DNA from: a virus | Taxonomy: Duplodnaviria > Caudoviricetes | Reading direction: 5' to 3' (one strand) | IMG/VR virus record: IMGVR_UViG_3300038400_000021 | Location: 1-60,800 of that record | DNA: 60,800 bases | Part shown: piece by piece, positions 38,905 through 47,328 of the stretch | How positions within the stretch are numbered: the first letter of the stretch is position 1 | Layout of the letters: every line of letters starts with the position of its first letter | Made by a program: the position numbers and the translations under genes | The notes under the pieces: model-generated | Seen by the model: only the letters and a program-made list of their open reading frames with translations | Told to the model about the DNA's origin: nothing | Database searches by the model: none

Positions 38905-39692
38905 ATCGGCCTCAGGTGACCGCGGATCTCTCCGCGCTGTGCATTGGTCGGCATCTGCGCCCTCGCGCGCCTCAGCCAACCTCGCCAGGTTGCCGGCCAG
39001 TCGGCCTTCTTGGCCGCGTTCGCGACAGCCCAGTCCCGCATCTGCGCGAGTTCAGTAGAGACGTCGACTCCGCGCGCGGCAGCTTGGCGCTCGGCTTCCA
39101 GGATGGTCTCGCTCCGGGGAGGAGTCCATGCGGGATCGAGGGGTCTGCGGGGCGCGGAGCGAGGTTCCTTGGCTGGAGCAGGTTCGGGCTTCTGGGGCTC
39201 CGGGGTCAAAACCAGAGAGAGCGGCGCAGCCGTGCCTCTCTCTATCTTCTCTTCTCTTCTCTTCTCTACTGCGTGACTGTCACGATCGTCACGATCGTCG
39301 ACGTGACCAATCGTGACATCACGTGACTCAGTGTCCGAAGTGTCCGACTTCCTTGACTTACTGCGCTGCTTAGCCTTGCGCTCCGCAGGAGTGAGTGCGC
39401 GGCCTCCCCAGTCGTCATCCCACCCCGAAATCTCCACTTCCAGGGGTGTCACGAACAGCAAATCGGCCGTGACACAGCGTGACAGTCCCGATCGCGCTTC
39501 GGACACCGTGACCATGAGCTGCTCGGCCAGGTAGGTCGGGTCCACGTAGGACGCCGGGATCTTGCCGCCGCGCCCCAGTGCCGCGTTCTTGCGCAGCACG
39601 AACAGGAACACCTCGCGTCCGTCTCGGCCAGCCTTGCGGATCTTGGGGTGGCTGTCCAGGTTGATGTCCATCTTGGCGAACAGCGGGCCCAT
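38901..39692 (-). CDS. Phage replication initiator/replisome organiser
   Basis: HPKI N-terminus, AERKAKQR, C-terminal DWPATWRGW; directly upstream of dnaB. Confidence 0.75.
   Translation of the reverse strand: MGPLFAKMDINLDSHPKIRKAGRDGREVFLFVLRKNAALGRGGKIPASYVDPTYLAEQLMVTVSEARSGLSRCVTADLLFVTPLEVEISGWDDDWGGRALTPAERKAKQRSKSRKSDTSDTESRDVTIGHVDDRDDRDSHAVEKRREEKIERGTAAPLSLVLTPEPQKPEPAPAKEPRSAPRRPLDPAWTPPRSETILEAERQAAARGVDVSTELAQMRDWAVANAAKKADWPATWRGWLRRARAQMPTNAQRGEIRGHLRPM
39236..39350. repeat. Putative replication origin: GTGAC/GTCAC iterons next to a (CTTCT)n strand-asymmetric tract inside the initiator gene
   Basis: Clustered direct and inverted GTCAC copies; lambdoid ori layout. Confidence 0.6.
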
Positions 39693-39695
39693 GGA

Positions 39696-40196
39696 CTACT
39701 TCCCGGCCGCAGCGCGCGGCCCTTTCCACTGCGTGAGGTTGCCCGCCTCCCTCCAAGCCAGCAGCGCACGCGCTCGAGGCACCATGACCCATGGGCCCCA
39801 TCCGCTGCTCGCATCGCCAACGATGCTCTGCACGCCGATCTCGGCACCGTGCTGCACTGGGTTGCTATCCCAGAGCGTCGAGCCAACGATCGCAGCCGGG
39901 CCGGTCCATCCTGATTCCTCGATCTTTCCGACGTGCTCGGTGAGCAGCAACGGATCGATCGCCGGCTTGACCTCGACGAGTCGGCGCGTGCCGGGCGATA
40001 CGCCTGGAGCTGCCGGCGCGGCGAGCCAGTCCGTTGTTGGGTGCTCGACGATGAAGTCAGGGATGTAGCCCTCGAGATCGAGAGGCTCGTAGTGCCAGGT
40101 CCAGCCGACCAGATCGAAGAAGATCGACCATCTGGCCTCGAGTCGAGAGCGGAAGCGAACGCCAGCGATCGTGGTCGGAATTGCGTTGTACGTCAT
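39696..40196 (-). CDS. PD-(D/E)XK nuclease
   Basis: FRSRLEARW, YEP..YIPDF, VEVKP. Confidence 0.85.
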   Translation of the reverse strand: MTYNAIPTTIAGVRFRSRLEARWSIFFDLVGWTWHYEPLDLEGYIPDFIVEHPTTDWLAAPAAPGVSPGTRRLVEVKPAIDPLLLTEHVGKIEESGWTGPAAIVGSTLWDSNPVQHGAEIGVQSIVGDASSGWGPWVMVPRARALLAWREAGNLTQWKGPRAAAGK

Positions 40197-40770
40197 CGCT
40201 TCTCCATCGCCGCCACGTGGCGAGCGCCGCCGTTGCGGGCGGAGCGCGGGTTCGTCTTGTTAGGCCCGACTCGACAGCACGAGCATCGCCACCAATAGAT
40301 GCGTGGCAGGAACCACCGGGCTCCGCGCCTCGTAGTGCCTTCGGCGGGGCCCTCGGTCCCGATCTCGATCACGTGCGCGCTCATCGCATCACCCCTCTGC
40401 TCGTCATGTCGTAGAGCGCCACCTCCGGCACCGCGTCGCATCCCCACTCGCGCTCCTCGGTCGAGGTTCGCGCCCTAGCCACGCCCGGCCTCATCCGCGG
40501 CGTCACGGTCCTCGGCGCCAGGTCCGCCAGCATGCCGACCTCCCCCGCGTACGGCCCGACCTCAGCGCCACGGGCCAGCTTGCAGTCCAGGTCGCGCGCA
40601 CAGGCCGGGCACAGGAGCTGCGGGCCGGGGCGCGTCGCGGTGAGTGTGACAGGCGAGGTCGCGTCGATCGAGACGAGACGGCAGGCGCAGATGTGGTGCG
40701 TCACCCCGACCGTCAACAGCCGATGGAATCGATCGGAGCCGCGCCCTTGAATGAACACCGGCGAGTTCAT
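40193..40770 (-). CDS. Two Cys-containing hypothetical genes (40193-40384, 40381-40770)
   Basis: ATGA overlaps. Confidence 0.55.
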
Positions 40771-41813
40771 GCGGCCTCCAGCGCCGCACGGATGAACGCC
40801 GCTGCTACTTGCGGGACAATCGCGTTGCCGAGTCCGCGCAAGAGACCCACTCGGCCGGGTACCCCATGAGCCAGCGGGTGTGTTCCGGGTTCAACTGGCC
40901 GCGAGACGCCGTCGGAGCAGGGGATCCATTCGGCGCAGCCCCACGGGTCAACAACGCCATGTCGTTCAGACATGACTGGTGATCTGTTTGCCCCATCGCT
41001 CGCTTGATCTGACCGCCCTGCATGCCGTCCCTCGCCTGAGGAGTCGGCCATGGCTTGACCGTGCAAGCTATCCCGAGCATGGATGGGTTCCCTCGCCCGT
41101 ACGCCATCGGTGCTTTTGACCCGTCGGTCGCGATCGGCGTCGGCCATCCCGCGGTCGAACACGAAGTAGGTACAACTGCACTCTCCGCATTCCTTGTGGC
41201 CTTCGCTGTGCCACTCATGGGCATCGGCGACATGACCGCAGTCGCAACGGTGCGCAGGTCCGGCGAACCCGAACCGTGCGAGCCCGGCCCGTTGCTGTCT
41301 GACTTCGTCGGAGTAGGCCACGAAGTACAGCCGCTGGCGGATATGCGGCGCGCCAACGCCCGCAGCGCACAGATCCGATGCCCCGAAGGCGTAACCGCAT
41401 CGTTCCAGGTCAGCTCGAACAAGGTCGAGCCATCCAAGTCCGTCGCGGCTCGCAACCTGTTCTCCAAGGACGACTGTAGGGCGACACTCGCGGATGAGGT
41501 CGAACCATGCTGGCCAAAGATGTCTAGCGTCGCGAACTCCGCCCCTCTTCCCCGCGCCCGAGAACGGCTGACACGGGCAGGAGCCGGTCCACACGTTGGC
41601 GTCGTCCGGGACCCCGGCGAGCCTAAGAGCGTAGCTCCACCCACCGATGCCAGCGAAGAAGTGACGCTGTCCTGGCCCGTGGACGTCTGTGGCTTTGAGG
41701 TCAACGATGGAGCGGCGATCGACCGAGCCTTGCGCAATGTGTCCTCCAGCGATGAGTCCATCCAGCCATCGCGCAGCGAATGGATCGATCTCGTTGTAGA
41801 TGGCCTCGCTCAC
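40767..41813 (-). CDS. DNA (cytosine-5) methyltransferase, alpha subunit
   Basis: FFAGIGG (I), SCPCQPFS (IV), GEQV (VI), HIRQRLY (VIII), LGNAIVPQVA (X); no motif IX in frame. Confidence 0.9.
   Translation of the reverse strand: MSEAIYNEIDPFAARWLDGLIAGGHIAQGSVDRRSIVDLKATDVHGPGQRHFFAGIGGWSYALRLAGVPDDANVWTGSCPCQPFSGAGKRGGVRDARHLWPAWFDLIRECRPTVVLGEQVASRDGLGWLDLVRADLERCGYAFGASDLCAAGVGAPHIRQRLYFVAYSDEVRQQRAGLARFGFAGPAHRCDCGHVADAHEWHSEGHKECGECSCTYFVFDRGMADADRDRRVKSTDGVRAREPIHARDSLHGQAMADSSGEGRHAGRSDQASDGANRSPVMSERHGVVDPWGCAEWIPCSDGVSRPVEPGTHPLAHGVPGRVGLLRGLGNAIVPQVAAAFIRAALEAA
40805..41761 (-). CDS. Nested alternative-frame beta subunit of the methyltransferase (start uncertain)
   Basis: Three WPTP repeats and motif IX-like QLNPEHTRWLMGYPAEW; M.EcoHK31I-type architecture. 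Confidence 0.75.
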   Translation of the reverse strand: MDSSLEDTLRKARSIAAPSLTSKPQTSTGQDSVTSSLASVGGATLLGSPGSRTTPTCGPAPARVSRSRARGRGAEFATLDIFGQHGSTSSASVALQSSLENRLRAATDLDGSTLFELTWNDAVTPSGHRICALRALARRISASGCTSWPTPTKSDSNGPGSHGSGSPDLRTVATAVMSPMPMSGTAKATRNAESAVVPTSCSTAGWPTPIATDGSKAPMAYGRGNPSMLGIACTVKPWPTPQARDGMQGGQIKRAMGQTDHQSCLNDMALLTRGAAPNGSPAPTASRGQLNPEHTRWLMGYPAEWVSCADSATRLSRK

Positions 41814-42302
41814 GGCGCACCGTCCCAACGAAGCCCGCCCAGCGCCGCCGCAAACAACAGTACCCCGAACCCCAGCACCGCCACGATCGGCCACGCGCCG
41901 ACGCACAGGTACAGCACGACGTAGATCGCGAGCGAGAGGACTGAGGCGATGGAGATGGCGGCGGTCATCGGATCCTCACAGCCGCAGCGCTCTCGCCGAT
42001 CCATGGCGTTGCCTTCGCAACCTCAAGGGCGCGCTCCTCGGAGAACCACGCGTATGCCCAGTCGATATGGAAAGAGATGTTGTCCCTGATGTCCGGATCC
42101 TGGACGTAGGCGCCCGAAGAGAGGCGGAGAGCGTATGTGCACAGACCGCCGGTCGATTGGTCACGGGTGGTCATGCCCCTGCCTCCCCGAGATCCAGCTG
42201 CCCGTACTCGACGAGTGTCTCGAACCGAGCGCGGCGCACCTGACGCCGCAGCATGCGGATCCAGCGACGCACGTCGGCGTCGGTGTAGACGTAGTGGGTC
42301 AT
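41810..42302 (-). CDS. Three small genes (41810-41968 membrane protein, 41965-42174, 42171-42302)
   Basis: ATGA overlaps. Confidence 0.55.
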
Positions 42303-42319
42303 TGGACGCCTCGACAAGT

Positions 42320-42529
42320 TCCCTGATCGAGCCGCTGTTTCATGCGGGGACTCCACGAACCCGGTCGCGTCTTCTCGACGCGAACCATGGCGGCTCGATC
42401 AGAGGGATAGGGCACCCCGCCCACATGCATCGCGACGCAATCGGAGGAAGGCGCCAGTCTCGCGGAGTCCGTGCGGGTAGGTGACGCCGCGGACTTCGAC
42501 GCGAGACGCGAGTGCAGTGGGCGGAGTGC
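42320..42529 (-). ncRNA. Candidate structured RNA (two multi-stem domains)
   Basis: 13-bp stems 42323-42335/42390-42402 and 42412-42424/42517-42529 with nested hairpins. Confidence 0.5.
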
Positions 42530-42543
42530 GAAAGGGGTGGCGG

Positions 42544-43158
42544 TCACGAGGATTTTCTCCTCGCGCGCTCACGTGTGATTGGTCCTTCGGCGTGACGCCA
42601 CAGCCGTCCAGTACAGATGCCGCTGACGTTGGACTTGTGAGTCCCGAACCTCGATGCGAGATCGTCGAGCGAAGCGCCGGCCGCCCTCATCGTTCTGAGG
42701 GCCAGAACGACATCCTCTGTCAGTTTGGAATTATAGACCTTTGAGCCTTTGGCGTGGCGCGCCCGGCCTCGGTCTCGCATGTCCTGCAGGTTGTCCGCCT
42801 GTGTTCCGACGAGGAGATGGGACGGCGACACGCACAGTGGGCGATCGCATGAATGTCGGACTACCATCCCGTCGGGAATGGGGCCGTTTGCGATGATGTA
42901 CGCAACTCGATGGGTTTGGCGTCGGCGGTTGTTGGAATGAATGACGCCGTATCCCTTCCTATTCTTGGCGCCAGACCAAAGAAGGCACTCGCCGTCCGGC
43001 CTCGTCCTCGACCAAAAGTCCGCAACGCGGGCCGGCGTCATACCAATCCGGAGTGCAGCGTCGGCGCTCACTGCGCGAACGTCCCGTTCTTGCGATCCTG
43101 CGTCGGCGGATTCATCATGCGCGCCATGCGAATTGGCCTGAGCATCGAGCGGCGTCAC
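42544..43158 (-). CDS. HNH endonuclease with C-terminal HTH
   Basis: CLLWSG..GYG, THRVAY, RHSCDRPLCVSPSHLLVGTQADN, SKLTE. Confidence 0.9.
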   Translation of the reverse strand: MTPLDAQANSHGAHDESADAGSQERDVRAVSADAALRIGMTPARVADFWSRTRPDGECLLWSGAKNRKGYGVIHSNNRRRQTHRVAYIIANGPIPDGMVVRHSCDRPLCVSPSHLLVGTQADNLQDMRDRGRARHAKGSKVYNSKLTEDVVLALRTMRAAGASLDDLASRFGTHKSNVSGICTGRLWRHAEGPITRERARRKSS

Positions 43159-43382
43159 GATGCGCCCTCTCCGAACAGTTCGCCGATCGTGCAGTCGAGG
43201 GCGCGAGCAACCTCGATGATCATCGAGCCGCTTGGAATGCTCCTGGACTTCTCCCAGTGATTCACGGCACTCCGGACGACGCCAAGCTTTGCTGCGAGCT
43301 CGAACTGGCGCATCCCGATCGCCACCCTTCGCCTTCGGATCCGTTTGCCTACAGCGGCTTGCTTCCCAGTGAGCGTCCTCAT
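43155..43382 (-). CDS. Cro-like XRE HTH regulator (leaderless)
   Basis: GMRQFELAAKLGVVRSAVNHWEKSRSIP. Confidence 0.85.
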   Translation of the reverse strand: MRTLTGKQAAVGKRIRRRRVAIGMRQFELAAKLGVVRSAVNHWEKSRSIPSGSMIIEVARALDCTIGELFGEGAS

Positions 43383-43441
43383 CGTTCTCACAGTAGACAT
43401 TGATTCAACCACGAGTCAAGCCGAGTCGAACCAAATTCTAC
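43383..43441. promoter_or_regulatory. Leftward promoter TTGACT-18-TACTGT-7-ATG with operators O1 (43393-43409) and O2 (43425-43441)
   Basis: 17-bp imperfect palindromes GTAGAC-N5-TTCAAC and GTCGAA-N5-TTCTAC. Confidence 0.75.
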
Positions 43442-43461
43442 CGACCCACGTGATATCGCGT

Positions 43462-43842
43462 ATGTACATGGCCGATCACCGCTCGCACAAAAAGTACCCA
43501 CGCGGGCCACGTTTAGGAGTCACGAAGGAATGGAAGTCCAGGGTGCTTGAGGCGCTAGCGTTAAATGCCGAAGCCGGCCGTGTTCCAGCGAACCCGACTG
43601 ACCTCGCCCGACTGCTCGGTAGCGACAAGGCCGGCATCCACAAGTTGCTGTTCACCGATCAGCAGGCGTCCAAGTACATGCGGGCTATCTCGCAGATGCT
43701 CAACATCAGCGAGGCCTACGAGCCCGTCGTGGATGACGAGTGGGCCGGGCTGGTAGCTGAGTTGCGAGCGCAGCCTAACGATGTGCAGCAGCATGCACTG
43801 CAGATTCTGAGGACCTTTGTTAAGCGACTCGACAAGCCGTAG
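43462..43842 (+). CDS. CI-like repressor (HTH, no S24 peptidase domain)
   Basis: Divergent from cro; PTDLARLLGSDKAGIHKLL HTH; start at 43462 or 43468. Confidence 0.7.
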   Translation: MYMADHRSHKKYPRGPRLGVTKEWKSRVLEALALNAEAGRVPANPTDLARLLGSDKAGIHKLLFTDQQASKYMRAISQMLNISEAYEPVVDDEWAGLVAELRAQPNDVQQHALQILRTFVKRLDKP

Positions 43843-43885
43843 CGCGCCCTTGACACAGTGAGCGCATCGGCGCAATCCTGGCTCG

Positions 43886-44032
43886 ATGCGGGGACGCGAT
43901 GTGGTGATGTCCGAAATCGCCGAGTTGCTCAAGCGGCTCGAGCATGAGGACCCGGTCGCGTTCAGAGCCTGCGCTGAGCGGATTCGCACGCTCTATCGGG
44001 CGGTTGAAAGAAAGTCTACCAAGAGGGGTTGA
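43886..44032 (+). CDS. 48-aa helical protein with leaderless promoter TTGACA(43850)-18-AATCCT-6-ATG
   Basis: MRGRDVVMSEIAELLKRLEHEDP...; consensus -35. Confidence 0.5.
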   Translation: MRGRDVVMSEIAELLKRLEHEDPVAFRACAERIRTLYRAVERKSTKRG

Positions 44033-44063
44033 CGTCACGGGCTGGTAGAACTAGATTCTACCC
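44003..44063 (+). promoter_or_regulatory. Rightward early promoter TTGACG-17-TAGATT-6-ATG with operators O3 (44003-44019) and O4 (44045-44061)
   Basis: GTTGAA-N5-GTCTAC and perfect GTAGAA-N5-TTCTAC over the -10. Confidence 0.8.
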
Positions 44064-45523
44064 ATGCCTTCGACGTCACCCCTCGCGATCTCTCCGGTCG
44101 CCCACCTCCCCATCGGCTCCGTCGTCGTCTGCCCTGACGGCCTCGTCGGCGAGCTGACCTCCACCATCCTCGACGGCCGCGTCTCTGTGGTCCACGCGGA
44201 CCTCTCGAACGGTCGCGGCCCGTGGGAGTTCTTCGCCACGCAGCTGACCAGCGCGACGCCGACGCAGCGCGCCGACTACTGGTGGCGCGTCGAGCTGCAA
44301 CTCCGCAACGACCGCGCTCCGGTCACCGCGATGCGCATCGTCCGTCGGCTGTACGACGCCGCTCGCTCGGAGTTGGCGTAATGAGCGCCGCCTCCGACGG
44401 CCGTCTCGACGGTCAGGTCCACGCGATCCTCGGCAAGCCCTGCGACCCGACCGGCGCGTTCATTCGCACGCTCGGGCACATGGGGATCACCGAGACTGAC
44501 CGCGCGGAGTTCGTCGCAGCGTACAACGCCGCGTACACCAAGGAGTGCGAGTCGATGAGGAAGGAGGGACGGCTGTGACCGCCTCCCAGCTCACCGCCCT
44601 GGTCGTCCTGTTCGCGCTCTGCACCGCGCTCGCAGCCTCGATGAACGCAGCACTGCCCAATTGCTCGGCCGCGGACATCCTGACCAGGGCAGGCAACAAC
44701 GCCGCGATGGCGATCTCGTACCTCGGGGAGGAGTCGTGAGCGCTCGACGAATCGTCCTGCGTCGCCAGTACCTGAGCTGGCTGACAGCCTCTCGACGTCC
44801 GCTGTGGTCGTTCGCAAAGTGGCTGCGCGCCAAGGCGGTGCAGCCATGAAGCGCCCACTCCCCATCATCGACGTCGGCCAGCAGTTCCTCTCGTTCGCGC
44901 GTGACGAGCGCCCTACACCGCCGCCCGCTCCACGGTTCGCCGCCGACGAGACGGGACGCGCGTGGATCCTGGCGAAGGGAGGACGGTCGTGAAGGACGAC
45001 GCCGCGACGATCAGGATGCTCAAGCACGATCTCGCGGAGGCCGAGGACGGATTGCGCAAGTTCGCAGCCGATCTAGAGCGCCACCCGGCCAGCGCGTTCG
45101 AATGGTCCGGTCCGGCATTCGAGGCTGCCGCCGTCAAGTTCGTGTTCACCAAGGTACTGGGCATGCTGAAGGAGTCTCCGCACCTAGATGTACTCGACAA
45201 GGTCCAGCGCGAGGTCGTGATGCGCGCCAAGCGGGGCAGCCGCTCAACGAGCGACGCGTCGAACCTGATGCAGGCCGAGGTCATGACGGCATGGGCGCGG
45301 GCTCTGGACCTGCTGCAGTACACGGAGCGTGCGCCATGACCATCACCCAACTCCTCTACTACCTCGCCGGCGTCGCGACCTGCTACGTCGTCATCGGTCG
45401 GCTCGCCAGAGTCGCGCGCTGGTTCCGGAGGTCGCCATGAAGCGCCACCTCGCCAACGCGCTCCGCTACCACCTCATCGCAACCGTCGCGCTGCTCCTGT
45501 GGCTCGACAAGGACCGCAAGTGA
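44064..45523 (+). CDS. Eight small coupled early genes (44064-44381, 44381-44578, 44575-44739, 44736-44849, 44846-44992, 44989-45339, 45336-45440, 45437-45523), several hydrophobic
   Basis: Continuous stop/start overlaps with SD motifs. Confidence 0.6.
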
Positions 45524-45532
45524 ATCGACATA

Positions 45533-45627
45533 CGCTCCCGGGCAAGGCGGCGCCCTGCTTGGCGGTGCCGGGCTTGGCAAGCCGTGGCACGGCTCGGCTG
45601 TCCGATGCACTGCACTCCACACCAAGG
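45533..45627. repeat. Degenerate pentanucleotide array, 19 units of C-N-N-N-(G/C)
   Basis: C at every fifth base from 45533 to 45623; intergenic. Confidence 0.85.
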
Positions 45628-45635
45628 GTTTCTCT

Positions 45636-46370
45636 ATGACTGCAGCTCTCGATCTCGACCTATCCGACATTCACACCCGTCCGACGATGGACATGAAGCC
45701 GTTCCCGCTCGTCGACGTCGGCCCGCTCCCCGGTGCGTGCGAGCAGACCTTCGTCGGCCAGCCGCCGCCCGAGCGCCTGCCGTACGCCCGACCCGCTTGC
45801 ATCCTGCCGAGCCTCGACGAGCTAGTCGACGCCGACGGGGTTAGGCTCGAGGAGAAGCTGAGCGACTTGGCTGCCAATGTCGCCGGTGATTCGCATTGCT
45901 CCGACGACGACCTGTGGACGTTGATGGGATCCAAGATGCATGTCAGGGCCATCGCACAGCAGCTCGGCGCCACCGAGATGGCGCTCGCGTCCCGCGACGA
46001 GCGGATCGAGCGCCTCGGGCAGACCACTGCGCAGCTGTCAACCGACCTGCGCCGGACGCTGGACCAGCTGACGATCGCCCAGGGCGTCGCCGCAGCGCTG
46101 CAACGCAAGCTGGACGGTGCGGACCGGGCCGTGTCGACCACGGCCGCCGAGCTCTACGCCGAGCGCAATCGGACCTGCGACCTCGAGTTGCACCTGCGCG
46201 TCGAACGTCAGCGCCTCGAGCGCGAAGCGATCCTGCACAACGAGAACATGACGCGCCTCATCAAGCGCACGGCCGAGGTGTGCCGGCTACAGAAGGATGT
46301 CGCGCGGTTGACCGAGGATTGCAACGTGCTGCGGGCCGCGCTGGAGAAGTGCGAGAGGGGTGGCAAGTGA
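45636..46370 (+). CDS. Coiled-coil protein
   Basis: Heptad-rich C-terminal half. Confidence 0.65.
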   Translation: MTAALDLDLSDIHTRPTMDMKPFPLVDVGPLPGACEQTFVGQPPPERLPYARPACILPSLDELVDADGVRLEEKLSDLAANVAGDSHCSDDDLWTLMGSKMHVRAIAQQLGATEMALASRDERIERLGQTTAQLSTDLRRTLDQLTIAQGVAAALQRKLDGADRAVSTTAAELYAERNRTCDLELHLRVERQRLEREAILHNENMTRLIKRTAEVCRLQKDVARLTEDCNVLRAALEKCERGGK

Positions 46371-46672
46371 AGGTCTCGCTTACAACGCACGATGGGCCAC
46401 GACTAGTCGTGGCGAAGGTGTTCGGAGACTGGTGTGTTCACTCGGTGTTCTCCATCGAGTACGGGTCATTGCAGGCGGGCCTCGATGGCTTCCGTGTGTC
46501 TCACGTTCCGACCGGGTACAGCATAGCTAGCCTCGCCGACGACATGACAGAGGCTGACGCGGTCGCGGTCGCTAAGTCACTCAACAGGGCGAAGCTGGAC
46601 GTCTATGACTCCGACGCTGTGTGCATCGCCCAAGCTGCAGTCGGTGCTGCTCTCTCGGAGCCGCCGACCTGA
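46367..46672 (+). CDS. Hypothetical protein (SHVPTG motif)
   Basis: GTGA overlap. Confidence 0.6.
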   Translation: MKVSLTTHDGPRLVVAKVFGDWCVHSVFSIEYGSLQAGLDGFRVSHVPTGYSIASLADDMTEADAVAVAKSLNRAKLDVYDSDAVCIAQAAVGAALSEPPT

Positions 46673-46679
46673 CTCTTCC

Positions 46680-46746
46680 GCCACCCCTCGTCGCCTGACG
46701 TTGGAGGCATCTGCGAACGGCGGCGAGGGCTGGCACTACTTTTCAC
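46680..46746 (+). terminator. Long hairpin followed by short U-tract (terminator/attenuator candidate)
   Basis: CCCTCGTCGCC/GGCGGCGAGGG plus GCCA/TGGC, then ACTACTTTTC. Confidence 0.45.
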
Positions 46747-46758
46747 AGGGGGACTGCA

Positions 46759-47328
46759 ATGAACAAGGACAACTGGGCTGCGGTGTACGACGAGAACGGC
46801 AGGCACATCGCGACGAGGAACGGTCGCGGCGAGATGAAGTCACTGGGCTACTCGGACGAGTCTCCGCCGCACGTGGCACTCGAGATCCGCGCGGCGGAGC
46901 TGGCGCTCGGTGCGGACAACACGCTGGCCGAGCACGACGGCTACATGGCGCACTTCGATGGGAAGGACCCGTCCGACGATGGCTGGGCCGGTTGGCTCGA
47001 GCGCGAGATCGGGACCGGACTGACCGATCTCGAGCGCGAGAACGAGGAGCGGATCAAGGATCGGGTCAAAGAGGAGCTCGGCAAGCTGCCGCAAGATCCT
47101 CCGCCGCCCGAGTGGCAGGCGAAGGTGCACTCCGAGTGCGACAAGATCGACGCGGCACACTTCGACCTGCAGGCCGAGTCGTCGCTCGACACGATCGACC
47201 AGTCCGAGCCGGCGCCCGCGCCCGAGGCGCAACTCCACGACGTGCACAGCGACGACGAGACGACGCACGTGGGCGAGGCGCCGGTGGTGGTCGATGCACT
47301 CTTCGACCAGACGGAGAGCGAGTCGTGA
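46759..47328 (+). CDS. Highly acidic early protein
   Basis: Asp/Glu-rich 189 aa; AGGGGG RBS. Confidence 0.7.
   Translation: MNKDNWAAVYDENGRHIATRNGRGEMKSLGYSDESPPHVALEIRAAELALGADNTLAEHDGYMAHFDGKDPSDDGWAGWLEREIGTGLTDLERENEERIKDRVKEELGKLPQDPPPPEWQAKVHSECDKIDAAHFDLQAESSLDTIDQSEPAPAPEAQLHDVHSDDETTHVGEAPVVVDALFDQTESES

Noticed and set aside
45533-45627. Possible CRISPR mini-array
   Set aside because: Period is 5 nt with no repeat-spacer structure; no cas genes seen
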